Positions 35,685 through 45,351 of a stretch of DNA of 49,778 nt are shown here, in pieces. A program made the translations under genes and the position numbers. Location: positions 1 through 49,778 of the forward strand of contig RDNZ01000018.1 of assembly GCA_011364905.1 (NCBI GenBank). Direction: 5' to 3'. The stretch comes from Candidatus Thorarchaeota archaeon. GTDB taxonomy: Archaea; Asgardarchaeota; Thorarchaeia; Thorarchaeales; Thorarchaeaceae. The notes beneath the pieces were generated by a model. That model was not told where the DNA came from and did not search any database. It saw nothing but the letters and a program-made list of their open reading frames with translations. Within the stretch, counting starts at the first letter, position 1, and each line of letters opens with the position of its first letter.

Positions 35685-38600
35685 TCACATATTCCTTAGT
35701 ACAACGGCTGGATCCGTTTCCGATGCCTCTCTGGCAGGCAAGTAGGCACCGATAATCATCGTTAGAATTTCAATAAACAGGGCAATGGCAAGAAAGTTCA
35801 TTGGAAATGCAATACTTGCGCTTAGAGTTCTAGAGAATGGACTCATGACATTAACTAAGAATCCCATAACGAATCCGAATACTGCTCCCAGAACAAGACT
35901 GAGCGCTAGCGATGCTATAACCACGCCAGTGAACTCAGAGAAGACCATGCTGACAACTTGCCGTTTGGAGCCTCCAATGGCACGCATGATTGCATATTCT
36001 TTCCGGCGTTCTCTCACAACAGATCCAAGAGAAACAGACAATGCGAACACACTGAGTATCAGAGACATCACAAATCCAATTGAGAACAAGCCTTCGATGG
36101 TGTTTAGATAGAGAGCTGTTTGTAACGAGTTGGCTTTCAGATCAAAACTCCCAGGGGTGTTTGGAGTCACTCCGGGAAGCGCAGAAAGCTCCTCAAGCAG
36201 GAGTGTGCGATTCGCGTTGTCGGCAAGGTTTGCCATGAACAGGGTAGCCTCGTGCTTATCTATGACACTCTCTACGAAATCGAGGTTTGTCAAACCAAAC
36301 CCATCATATCCAGCAGCAAAACCAAATCCGGCACCAAGTGGCGAGTAAGGAACATCTGTATGCGAGGCATAACCAAAGCCAGGAGCACTGAAGACCATTC
36401 CCACGACCTCAAAGGTCACAAGCTGAGTCGCACCAACCCCAGTCATCTCGAGTGTGAGTGAGTCACCCACTGTCTTGTTCCATCGCTCTGCATGATACTC
36501 ACTTATGATGATACCATTTGGAACCGCAGCTAGTGCTGTGAGAACGCTACCTGAAGACTCTCCTCTGAAGCTCGATGGATCAAACTTCCCAATTGATTCA
36601 TATTCAAGAGGTTGTAACGCCTCTATACTAAGCTCATCAGGTCCAAGACGAGCCCAAGTCGTTAGTACAGGCATAGCGTTGACAACGCCATTATAAGTTT
36701 CCAAATTGTGACTGAAGTTGAACTCTCGGTTTGTGCAGTCTATCCGAAGATCGGAGCCTATGGCATAAGTGACCTCACGGTTCAAATCGACCCTGAGACT
36801 TTCTGATTGGACAGCAAATGCTATGGTTGAAGACATCGTTAGAGCTAGAACGACCATGAGGGGAATGATTCTCCCTTTTCGCTTTCTAAGGTATCCTGCT
36901 GAAATCAGGTTCTTCTGACCTAGGAGAAATGACAGCCTTTCAGAAACCTTCGCAAGACCCGCTCGTGAGATTCTAGAACCGTTATAGGCTATGAAGAACC
37001 ATGCAGCGGTTCCCAATCCAAGTTCCAACAAAAACAGAAATGGGTCTCTGGGGAGAATGTACATCATCACAATAACAATCAGCAACAGAAAAATTGATGC
37101 TCCAATAGTAAATCCATGAGACTCCGATTGCTCGGTTGAGTCATCACTTGCTTCAGCCAGGGTGAGACTGATCTCGGTTGAGGCAGCTTTTCTAGCGAGA
37201 TAAAGGATGAATAATAGACTCGGAAGAACAATTAATCCGATTGCGCGGATGATTGTATTGAAACTTACAACTGTATTTGAAAGATAGAACAAATAGGTGT
37301 TCCAATCAAAGCTCATGAAGCTGTTAGTGGATGGAATAAGTGGTGCAAAGAGGACACTGAACAGGATGCCCAATCCCACCGAGAGTGCTGCGATTACTGC
37401 CGACTCCCATAGAAAAACACTCGAAACCTGGGAGTAACTGGCCCCCTTAGATCTGATAACTCCTATCTCAACACTGCGAGGTGCCATGAAGGTATCCGCA
37501 GCGAATACAGAGAAGAAGAGTGCCAGAAGGATGATTGGAAAAGCTAGTACTGAGAGGTTTAGTGTCGCAAGATAGGCATTGACAACACCTTGAAGTTCCC
37601 ATATCTTGTCATGACCAGACCATGTGATATTATACAACTCCTCTGTTCGAACTGTCAATTCGAAGAGGTTCTTGGCCACGTTCCTTGGCCCATCAGCGGC
37701 AAGAGCGCCTCCAGAAACTCTGACCAACATTGTTTGAGGGAAGAAACCATTGGATGAAAGCGCGGCCGTAGGGATTTGGTCTTTGCGCATCAGGATACTG
37801 TCACGAAGACCAAGGACCGGATATCGTAGGTTGGTGTAATCCCAATTTGCGCGCCCCTGCTTATAGGAGGGGAGAGCACGTTCAATCATCGAGTCATAAG
37901 TCCGGAGGTCAAAGATGCCAACAATCTTGAGATTAGTAAGTTCCATGCGGCCCAATGTTCCCAAGGGTGCCGCAATCATGTCACCACTTTGTGAATAGAC
38001 CACATCTCCAGTCAGGAGGTCCACATCTATTGTGTCATTGATCTGAAGAGTGACATTGAAGACTTGCTCAACATAGGCGATGAACATTCGCGAAACAATG
38101 ACCTCATTTTGTCCAAGTTCAAAAGCACCTTCGTATGTGAACTCGAAGGCAGACCTGTTCAGGAACTCGTTGTCCACAAAGACCACTCTGCAATCCTTCA
38201 CACCACTGGAGTAGACTGGATTATCCATATCGTAAATCCAGCTGTCCGAGATGTTGTTGGCCCAGACCAGTCCGACCGTAGAGTTGATTCTATATGTTTC
38301 CTCAACAAAGCGACTGTGATCCATGTACGTTTCAGCCTGAGTAAGAGCTTGAGGAACTCCAGGGTCAGAAGTGACCTGAACCTGATACATATGGTCACCG
38401 AGATAGTCATGGATGCTCACAAATATTCCCGTATCGCCCCAGACCATTGTGGATGCGAATAGACTAATACCAAGACTCAATGTGAGGGCAAGGGTTACAG
38501 CTCTAAACGGGTTTGCTTTGAGAGCACTCAATGCGTAAGAGAGCCCATACGCTCGGTTCCCTTTGGTCTTGATGTTCCGAGAGTTCTTTGATGCACCCAC
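35685..38600 (-). CDS. FtsX/MacB-like ABC permease (duplicated), paralogue
   Basis: RSVEIGVIRSKGAS; RRKEYAIMRAIGGS; PAREAS.TDPAVVLRNM. Confidence 0.9.
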   Translation of the reverse strand: MGASKNSRNIKTKGNRAYGLSYALSALKANPFRAVTLALTLSLGISLFASTMVWGDTGIFVSIHDYLGDHMYQVQVTSDPGVPQALTQAETYMDHSRFVEETYRINSTVGLVWANNISDSWIYDMDNPVYSSGVKDCRVVFVDNEFLNRSAFEFTYEGAFELGQNEVIVSRMFIAYVEQVFNVTLQINDTIDVDLLTGDVVYSQSGDMIAAPLGTLGRMELTNLKIVGIFDLRTYDSMIERALPSYKQGRANWDYTNLRYPVLGLRDSILMRKDQIPTAALSSNGFFPQTMLVRVSGGALAADGPRNVAKNLFELTVRTEELYNITWSGHDKIWELQGVVNAYLATLNLSVLAFPIILLALFFSVFAADTFMAPRSVEIGVIRSKGASYSQVSSVFLWESAVIAALSVGLGILFSVLFAPLIPSTNSFMSFDWNTYLFYLSNTVVSFNTIIRAIGLIVLPSLLFILYLARKAASTEISLTLAEASDDSTEQSESHGFTIGASIFLLLIVIVMMYILPRDPFLFLLELGLGTAAWFFIAYNGSRISRAGLAKVSERLSFLLGQKNLISAGYLRKRKGRIIPLMVVLALTMSSTIAFAVQSESLRVDLNREVTYAIGSDLRIDCTNREFNFSHNLETYNGVVNAMPVLTTWARLGPDELSIEALQPLEYESIGKFDPSSFRGESSGSVLTALAAVPNGIIISEYHAERWNKTVGDSLTLEMTGVGATQLVTFEVVGMVFSAPGFGYASHTDVPYSPLGAGFGFAAGYDGFGLTNLDFVESVIDKHEATLFMANLADNANRTLLLEELSALPGVTPNTPGSFDLKANSLQTALYLNTIEGLFSIGFVMSLILSVFALSVSLGSVVRERRKEYAIMRAIGGSKRQVVSMVFSEFTGVVIASLALSLVLGAVFGFVMGFLVNVMSPFSRTLSASIAFPMNFLAIALFIEILTMIIGAYLPAREASETDPAVVLRNM

Positions 38601-38611
38601 GAAGATTCCCT

Positions 38612-39385
38612 CTATGTCGACGGTCCCTCACTGATTTCCTTGTCATGGTCTCTGGTGCTCACATCCACACCGCTAGATTTGAAGAAGTCACTAACAAGCT
38701 CATCCACGAGTACACCATCTCTGAGAAGGAGAATTCTGTCAGCCATCCGGGCAGTTTCAGGATCATGCGTAGCAGCCAGTACTGCAAGGTTCTTCTTTTT
38801 TGCAAGAGCTCGCATCAGTTGGATAATCTCTCCACCCGTCTTGTGGTCCAAATCCCCGGTTGGTTCATCGCACAACAAGATAGCGGGGTCATTGGCAAGA
38901 GCACGAGCTAGCGCAACGCGTGAACGCATTCCTCCGGATAGTTCATGGGGCATGTGCTGGGATCTGTGGTCCACAGAAACCATCTCCAAAAGTCTGATGG
39001 CGCGTTCCTCTCGCTCTTTTGGAGGAACATCATCGAGAAGCATTGGCACCTCGACATTCTCGAGAGCTGTGAAAATGGGGAGGAGGTGTTGGTCTTGGAA
39101 CAAGACTCCAATCTTATGCCGACGTACTTCAGACATCTGTTCATCATTCAGTTTAGTTATGTTCTCACCATCAACGAGGATAGTACCTGATGTAGGTTTG
39201 TCAAGGCCACCTATGAGATTGAGAAGGGTTGTCTTTCCTGAACCAGATGCACCAACTATTGCGACAAACTCGCCCCTATCGACAGATAGATTGGTTCCCT
39301 GTAAGACCTTTATCACTCGCGAGCCATCTTGGAACTCACGACGAACATCGATGCATTCAACTGCAACCTGCTTCTCGTCGGCCAA
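38612..39385 (-). CDS. ABC ATPase (LolD/MacB type)
   Basis: GASGSGKT, LSGGM, CDEPTGDLD, ATHD. Confidence 0.92.
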   Translation of the reverse strand: MADEKQVAVECIDVRREFQDGSRVIKVLQGTNLSVDRGEFVAIVGASGSGKTTLLNLIGGLDKPTSGTILVDGENITKLNDEQMSEVRRHKIGVLFQDQHLLPIFTALENVEVPMLLDDVPPKEREERAIRLLEMVSVDHRSQHMPHELSGGMRSRVALARALANDPAILLCDEPTGDLDHKTGGEIIQLMRALAKKKNLAVLAATHDPETARMADRILLLRDGVLVDELVSDFFKSSGVDVSTRDHDKEISEGPST

Positions 39386-39505
39386 AAGTATTCACACCGA
39401 TTTCGAACGTACATGACCCCGTTTTAAGGGTACAGCTTCAAGCATGTTCTTGATGAGCTTACTCAACAAGAATTGACAAAGCGAAACTACCTTATGTGGT
39501 AGAAT

Positions 39506-40015
39506 GTGCTTGAGAGCAAGATGCGTGTATTTGCTGTTTCAGGATACTCAGGCACGGGCAAGACTACGCTTATTGAGAAGATTATCAGGTCACTGGTCGA
39601 GAGTGGATACTCAGTTGCGACCATAAAAAGTTCAATACACCATGCTGGCCCAGACCAGGGTAAAGACACACTGAGACATCTGCAGGCAGGGGCGTCAATG
39701 ACAATCTTTCTAGACCCGAGCTCGGCGTCAACTATCATTAGAGACCGGATTGACCCTGACGAGTGGACTAAGTTGACGGGTCATGATTTTCTGATTGTTG
39801 AAGGCATGAAATCTGCGGACATGCCAAAGTTTTGGTGTGTCGGAAATGCGACCATAGAACCAAGAGATATGCCCATCAACACAGTAGCTATAGTGAGCTG
39901 GTCCGATCGAGAAGTTGATTGGCAAGAGACCATCCCAATCATAAGCTCGGAAAAAATCGAAGAGTTAGTTGAGCTCATCAAGCTTAAGTCAGTTGACCTC
40001 TCGGTTATTGAGTAG
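39506..40015 (+). CDS. mobB: Molybdopterin-guanine dinucleotide biosynthesis protein B
   Basis: GYSGTGKTTLIEK, VATIK, GKDTLRH..AGA, LIVEGMK. Confidence 0.85.
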   Translation: MLESKMRVFAVSGYSGTGKTTLIEKIIRSLVESGYSVATIKSSIHHAGPDQGKDTLRHLQAGASMTIFLDPSSASTIIRDRIDPDEWTKLTGHDFLIVEGMKSADMPKFWCVGNATIEPRDMPINTVAIVSWSDREVDWQETIPIISSEKIEELVELIKLKSVDLSVIE

Positions 40016-40020
40016 AAGGT

Positions 40021-40087
40021 GCGGCTCAGATACCCCTTAGGTCGATCATTTGTTCATAATCTCTCAATGGAGGTTCATCACTGCCGC
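40021..40087 (-). ncRNA. C/D-box 2'-O-methylation guide sRNA
   Basis: Minus strand reads GCGGC-A-GTGATGA-ACCTCCATTGAGAGATT-ATGA-ACAA-ATGATCG-ACCTAAGGGGTAT-CTGA-GCCGC, with a perfect terminal stem and K-turn spacing. Confidence 0.82.
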
Positions 40088-40180
40088 GGAGTAACAGACA
40101 CTTTGCATTCATTTTAGTATTATCTATTTGACTTCAGATGTCACAACACAATACTCATTTCAAAACAGAAAGGGAATACA

Positions 40181-41014
40181 ATGATGAAGCGTCTCCGGGT
40201 CAAAGACTTCAGCCTCGTTGACACCCTTGAGTGTGGACAAACATTCTGCTGGGTGAAGGAGGGTGGAGGTTACATAAATGCGGACATTGGACAGGTCGTG
40301 TATGTAGAACAGAGAGGGGACAATCTCATCTATGATTCCTCAGAAAGTAATGTTGACCTTGCAAGCATGTTCCGGTTGAAGGATCCATTGAATCAGATCC
40401 ATCATGAGATAGTCAAAGATGGAATAATGAGGAAGAGTATAGACTTCGCTCCCAACCTGCGAGTCATTAATGACCCCTTCTTTCCATGCCTTGTTTCATT
40501 TCTCTGTTCAGTTTGGAAGAATGTTCCCGCTATCCGGGGAATGACTAATGCTATCAGAGAAAAGTGGGGACCGACTTACGAGTTCAGAGGGACTGTCTAC
40601 CACGGTATGCCATCACCAGAGATGTTGTCCAGAGTATCGATTGACGATTTGAAGCAGCTGGGATTGGCATGGCGAGGAGAGTTCATTATTAGATCAGCCA
40701 GAGCCATAGTTAGTGGTGAGGTGACTGAAGAAATGCTTCGATCGATGGATTACCTTGAAGCACATAAGCTCTTGAAAACACTATACGGTGTGGGCAACAA
40801 GGTCGCAGACTGTGTGAGTCTATTTTCACTGGGCTTCCTAGAAGCTTTTCCAATTGATGTCTGGATTGAACGAGTGATCCAGGAGCACTATGGAGTCTTC
40901 ACGACTGCTGGAAAATCATATTCAAAGAAATCTGGAGCGGCCAGAAGGTACTTTGGCAGATATGCAGGCTATGCTCAGCAGTATCTATATCATTATACAA
41001 GATGTGTAGTCTAG
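40181..41014 (+). CDS. ogg1: 8-oxoguanine DNA glycosylase/AP lyase (OGG1-type HhH-GPD)
   Basis: TLECGQTF.W, HhH GVGNKVADCVSLF (catalytic Lys), FPIDVW (Asp), YAGYAQQYLY. Confidence 0.85.
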   Translation: MMKRLRVKDFSLVDTLECGQTFCWVKEGGGYINADIGQVVYVEQRGDNLIYDSSESNVDLASMFRLKDPLNQIHHEIVKDGIMRKSIDFAPNLRVINDPFFPCLVSFLCSVWKNVPAIRGMTNAIREKWGPTYEFRGTVYHGMPSPEMLSRVSIDDLKQLGLAWRGEFIIRSARAIVSGEVTEEMLRSMDYLEAHKLLKTLYGVGNKVADCVSLFSLGFLEAFPIDVWIERVIQEHYGVFTTAGKSYSKKSGAARRYFGRYAGYAQQYLYHYTRCVV

Positions 41015-42147
41015 AAGTTCTGCTTCTTGTCTCGTTTTTTAGCGTACCATGAGTGGTCCTCGATACCTTTTGTCAGCTCCCAAGCTCGTGTCTGATAGAA
41101 GCCGAGAGGGTTCAAGATGTACTCACACAGGGGATCAAACTCCGTACCCAGATAGACCGGACAGAGGTTGTTCACCTGAAGTTTCTTGCACCCGGGAGGA
41201 TTGTAGCCTTCATCATCAGATCCCATGGACCTCTTAGATGCGATATGCCGGACCTGATATTCGATGAGGCTTATGTTCCTGTCTGGAGAGTTACTGAAGA
41301 CCTTCTGAACCTCATCCGCCTCCATTCCAATCTTTAGGAGAAATGCGGCTAAAGCAAACCGAGCGTCATGAGAGAGATTGACAGCACCTTTGAGAGACTG
41401 ATCATACATCCTCTGGATACAGGGAGGGAACGCTGATGCAAGGGTTTCGGTCATCTTTACGGGCTCGACGTGGCGTATCTTGCCCTTCGACTCAGCCTCA
41501 ATTCGTTGAACTGATTCAATAAGTCGCTGGGACATCGGGGGAATATCGAATCTTCCCTGCATGACCAGCTGTCTAAACTTCCCTGAGATAAGGCGGTCCA
41601 GCTCCGACCGTCTAATGAGAATCCAGCCCTTGTCAAGATGACGGTTGATGAGATTCCACTCTTCGCTATGGAAACTGGGAGCTACTTCAAGGTAATTCTC
41701 AAAGAGAATCCTCATCTCATAGGTCCGTAGCATCAGAGGAAGTTTAGCTCGTTCAGATATGTCGCCCATTGACTTGATGTTCCAATTGAAGGAGGTCTTG
41801 CATAACGTAGTCACGAGGCCACTATCTTCTTTACCGAGCTGTCGATTGGCCTCCTTGGACTCTGCCTCGGCTTGTAGTGCACGGAGTTGCGGAAGTCCGA
41901 TTTTCTCAACAATGAGTCGAGCAGTAGGATAGATGAGAACATCTGACTCATTTTCCATAGAGGGATATCGAATCTGAGACTGCGTGAGTGCAGCATAGAC
42001 TCTATCTTGAGCTTCTTTCACAATATACTGATATTCCGGGCGGTCCAGCAGACTAACAAGTGCCCCTAGGTCTCGAGCAAGTTTCTGTGAGGCCTGTCTT
42101 GCTTCAAACGAAAAAGGAAATCTCAATAGTTGAAGCCTGCTTGACAT
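41011..42147 (-). CDS. priL: DNA primase large subunit
   Basis: FPFS..A, FPPCI, LSHDARF.LA.FL, YQVRHI, YNPPGC..L...LC...C 4Fe-4S ligands. Confidence 0.92.
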   Translation of the reverse strand: MSSRLQLLRFPFSFEARQASQKLARDLGALVSLLDRPEYQYIVKEAQDRVYAALTQSQIRYPSMENESDVLIYPTARLIVEKIGLPQLRALQAEAESKEANRQLGKEDSGLVTTLCKTSFNWNIKSMGDISERAKLPLMLRTYEMRILFENYLEVAPSFHSEEWNLINRHLDKGWILIRRSELDRLISGKFRQLVMQGRFDIPPMSQRLIESVQRIEAESKGKIRHVEPVKMTETLASAFPPCIQRMYDQSLKGAVNLSHDARFALAAFLLKIGMEADEVQKVFSNSPDRNISLIEYQVRHIASKRSMGSDDEGYNPPGCKKLQVNNLCPVYLGTEFDPLCEYILNPLGFYQTRAWELTKGIEDHSWYAKKRDKKQNF

Positions 42148-42168
42148 GATTTTCGCCTCTCTTTCTGC

Positions 42169-42369
42169 TCATCGAATGAATGTGGGTCTATAATCATCGT
42201 AGCCTCGCTCGTAGAATCTCTTCCCACACGATGTGCACTTCCACATCTGAACACCTCGAGGTCGAGAAAACGAGTCGAGTATCCGGGCTATTCTTTTGCT
42301 CCCACACCTCGGACATACTAGTTGTGAATTATCTTGCGCCCATGGGGATGACTTCCGAGAGGATGACAT
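42169..42369 (-). CDS. Small Zn-ribbon protein
   Basis: CPRC-x21-CTSC; co-oriented immediately upstream of priL. Confidence 0.7.
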   Translation of the reverse strand: MSSSRKSSPWAQDNSQLVCPRCGSKRIARILDSFSRPRGVQMWKCTSCGKRFYERGYDDYRPTFIR

Positions 42370-42408
42370 GATGTTCGACGCCTTGATTTCAATCGTTTGT
42401 ATGTATAC

Positions 42409-43071
42409 TTACCTCTTTAGTCCTACTGCAACTGCTCGAAATTCATCAATTATCTGGGACTGGCAGTTAGAGAATCCAGAGGTTTCAAGTATCTCCTTAA
42501 TGTCGGCAGCTGAGTGCTTACACATATGTGGGTATCGTTTTCGTGCGTGCTCCTCACTAATTCCGTTTTTGACCATTGCCTTGACGAACTTCTCCTCATT
42601 CCCTGAAACATAGTCATAGACTACATATGTTCCCCCCAATTTGACTAGTCTATGGACAACGGAAACAAACTTTCGGGGATTGGCAACCTCATGAAGCATG
42701 AATCCAGAAAAGGCAAAATCAATGCTGCTCGATTCGATGTCTATCTTGTCTGTGTCGAAATTCACTAATCGAATCTCAATTGATTTGAGCTTGGCTAATC
42801 CCTTGAGATTGGTTTCAGCCACAGCAAGCATCTGAGAGCTCTCATCAAGAGCGATAGCTGTATGAGCGTTGAACCTGTTTGCAATATCTACAAGGAAGAG
42901 CCCAGGTCCGCAGCCAAAATCAGCAACTACATGTTTAGGTTCGCTATTTGTGAGTGAGAAGAGTGTTTCCCAGAAAACACTGTCGTATCTCATTGTGTAC
43001 GTTTTAGCCATTCGTTGAACACGTTCAATGTCTGTCCAGTTATCCTTTGCTAGGTGATCGGCCATCTTCAA
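42409..43071 (-). CDS. Class I SAM-dependent methyltransferase
   Basis: VADFGCGPG, ALDES..ML, FMLHE, LVKLGG. Confidence 0.9.
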   Translation of the reverse strand: MKMADHLAKDNWTDIERVQRMAKTYTMRYDSVFWETLFSLTNSEPKHVVADFGCGPGLFLVDIANRFNAHTAIALDESSQMLAVAETNLKGLAKLKSIEIRLVNFDTDKIDIESSSIDFAFSGFMLHEVANPRKFVSVVHRLVKLGGTYVVYDYVSGNEEKFVKAMVKNGISEEHARKRYPHMCKHSAADIKEILETSGFSNCQSQIIDEFRAVAVGLKR

Positions 43072-43616
43072 CTTCTTCCCAAAATGTAGTCGGCCCTCAA
43101 TAACAGATTCATGAACTCTCTCACACTCTGTCTTTGGATCTCTGTATCACTATAGAGTTTCTTCAGCTCATTCCTTCTGTTCTCTAATGAGGGATTTGTC
43201 GCCTCATTGATAATCTTGTAAGCAGCATTTGGTCTTTCGACCCACCGGCACAACTCTTCACCTTCTGGACTCATGAATAGGACAACGGGGGTCTTCCTCT
43301 TTCCATTGACCTTGAATTGTTGATGGTATTTTGCGTTGGTATCACTATCGAGAATGCGAAGCTGCAGTTTGGTCGATATGTCTGTAAGTTTTGCTAAGAC
43401 TGGCAGATTTCCAGCTGTGTCATTACAGTGGTCATTGCCTATGACAAGTATCCGAATTGGATTCTGAAGACTTCGAAGGTTTTCGAGATCCTGCTCCGTG
43501 ATTTGGAGGTCGTTGTACCTCGCCTTCATTAACTCGACGTTCTCACGAGCACCTTTCAGGAAGTTCTTGTAATCCACTGCCTTTTCCCATTCTGCATTCT
43601 CAGTCATACGTACCAT
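43068..43616 (-). CDS. Thioredoxin-like protein (Thioredoxin_9 type, single active-site Cys)
   Basis: ILVIGNDHCNDT..NLPVL, NGKRKTP, WVERP. Confidence 0.8.
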   Translation of the reverse strand: MVRMTENAEWEKAVDYKNFLKGARENVELMKARYNDLQITEQDLENLRSLQNPIRILVIGNDHCNDTAGNLPVLAKLTDISTKLQLRILDSDTNAKYHQQFKVNGKRKTPVVLFMSPEGEELCRWVERPNAAYKIINEATNPSLENRRNELKKLYSDTEIQRQSVREFMNLLLRADYILGRS

Positions 43617-43773
43617 CTCTTAGATACGAAAGAAGACGTTAGTTTCAACTAACACGTAGGATTAGTAGTCGACGAATAAAAGCATTGCTTGACCTGCAGA
43701 TTTGAGGAAAAGTCTTAGAATTAGTTTCGGTCATCTGTCGAGCTTTTATTCTATCATTAGACTATAGTTCAGT

Positions 43774-44124
43774 ATGAACGAGAACATGATTGCATATTGT
43801 GGACTCGACTGTGCGGTGTGTCCTGCGCACCTTGCTTTGTTGAATGACGATAATGAGTTGAGAGCAAAACAAGCTGCGAAGTGGGGAAGCCCAGAATATC
43901 CTCTTGCAGACAAAGATATCAACTGTGTAGGATGTAAAGTCGATGCAGAACCTAGATTCAAATTCTGCAGAGAGTGCGCTGTTCGAGCATGCGCAACTGG
44001 ACGTGGTGTGGAAACATGCGCTCACTGCGAAGACTATGAATGCGGCACACTAGAAGGTTGGCTCAAGCAGGCTGGAGATGAAGCAAGGGAGAGGTTGGAA
44101 GCAATAAGGTCTACCCTGTATTGA
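43774..44124 (+). CDS. DUF3795 cysteine-rich protein
   Basis: IAYCGLDCAVCP, CVGC, C.ECAVRAC, TCAHCEDYEC. Confidence 0.88.
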   Translation: MNENMIAYCGLDCAVCPAHLALLNDDNELRAKQAAKWGSPEYPLADKDINCVGCKVDAEPRFKFCRECAVRACATGRGVETCAHCEDYECGTLEGWLKQAGDEARERLEAIRSTLY

Positions 44125-44177
44125 TCTTTGGGTCCTTTATCTATACTAGCAAAGAACTAGACTTCGGAGCAATCACT

Positions 44178-45308
44178 ATGAAACGAGGCGGCGTTGCAGA
44201 CCTCAAACTGCATCCTGGCAGGGCACCACCTTGGCTAGTAAAACGGATGATTCCCATGGCCCGCACGCTCTGTCAGTTTATCGTTGACGAGTTCGGCACA
44301 GCTGAACTCCTCCAGCGACTAGCTGATCCCGTCTGGTTCCAGGCGCTATCCAATGTCCTTGGTTATGACTGGGACAGCTCAGGTTCTACGACCGTCACAT
44401 GTGGAGTACTGAAGACAGCACTGGATTTCGAACAGCACGGAATGATTGGTGTTGGAGGGAAGGGACTGGCTTCAAGAAAAGTTCCTACTCAACTGCGTGC
44501 CCTTGAGGACTATGGTCTTGATGGTGCAGGTCTTGTGGACATAAGCAGGTCGGTGGCAAAGGTCGACAACGCAGGTATCCAGGACGGCTACAACCTCTAT
44601 CACCACATGTTCTTTGTGGACTCTGGGGAGAACTGGACTGTTGTACAACAGGGAATGGATTATGATAGCAATGATGCACGACGCTATCATTGGTCATCAT
44701 TCGATGTTGCAAGCTTTATCGAAGAGCCACACTCAGGGCTCATCTCAGGTCAGGTCAGAGATTCAGCTCTCGATATGACCTCCAAGAATTCCGCAGAGTG
44801 CCGAAAAATCAGTGTTGACATTGCCAAGGAAGACCCAGCTCGAGTCAGAAGATACTTCGAGAATATCAGAGCCTATGGTCAGAGTACACTCATACCCTGG
44901 ATAGAGGGGACAGGATCACCCCAAGAGCTGCCCTCTTACAAGGTCACTCCAACTCGGATGGACTGGGATGCGGTCCGACGTGCCTATGAAACCCAACCGT
45001 CAAACTACGAAGAACTCTTGTTCATGAACGGAGTCGGTCCTGCTACCGTGAGAGGGCTGTCGCTTATCTCGGAGATGATATTTGGTACTCCAGCTTCGTG
45101 GGCAGACCCTGTGAGGATGTGCTTCGCATTTGGGGGGAAAGATGGTGTTCCGTTTCCCGTTCCAAGAAAAGCATATGACAGCGCCATAGCTTTCATGGAA
45201 CAAGCGCTGAATGACTCAAAGGTGGGAAGGCAAGACAAAGTCCTTGGTTTGAAACGACTCAGGAATTTTGCACCACCAGTACTTCTTGTTAGAGAAACGA
45301 CGACATAA
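44178..45308 (+). CDS. DUF763-family protein
   Basis: ADLKLHPGRAPPWL, DWDSSGSTT, AKVDN..IQDGY.LYHH, RRYHW, FAFGGKDGVPFPV; ATG at 44178. Confidence 0.9.
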   Translation: MKRGGVADLKLHPGRAPPWLVKRMIPMARTLCQFIVDEFGTAELLQRLADPVWFQALSNVLGYDWDSSGSTTVTCGVLKTALDFEQHGMIGVGGKGLASRKVPTQLRALEDYGLDGAGLVDISRSVAKVDNAGIQDGYNLYHHMFFVDSGENWTVVQQGMDYDSNDARRYHWSSFDVASFIEEPHSGLISGQVRDSALDMTSKNSAECRKISVDIAKEDPARVRRYFENIRAYGQSTLIPWIEGTGSPQELPSYKVTPTRMDWDAVRRAYETQPSNYEELLFMNGVGPATVRGLSLISEMIFGTPASWADPVRMCFAFGGKDGVPFPVPRKAYDSAIAFMEQALNDSKVGRQDKVLGLKRLRNFAPPVLLVRETTT

Positions 45309-45351
45309 CCATACCGAAGGAATCAAGTTAGGTATTGCATGCACACCTCTT

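Noticed and set aside
38640-39416. 258-aa plus-strand ORF
   Set aside because: Antisense shadow of the ABC ATPase; the same applies to the many Ser-rich shadow ORFs across the window
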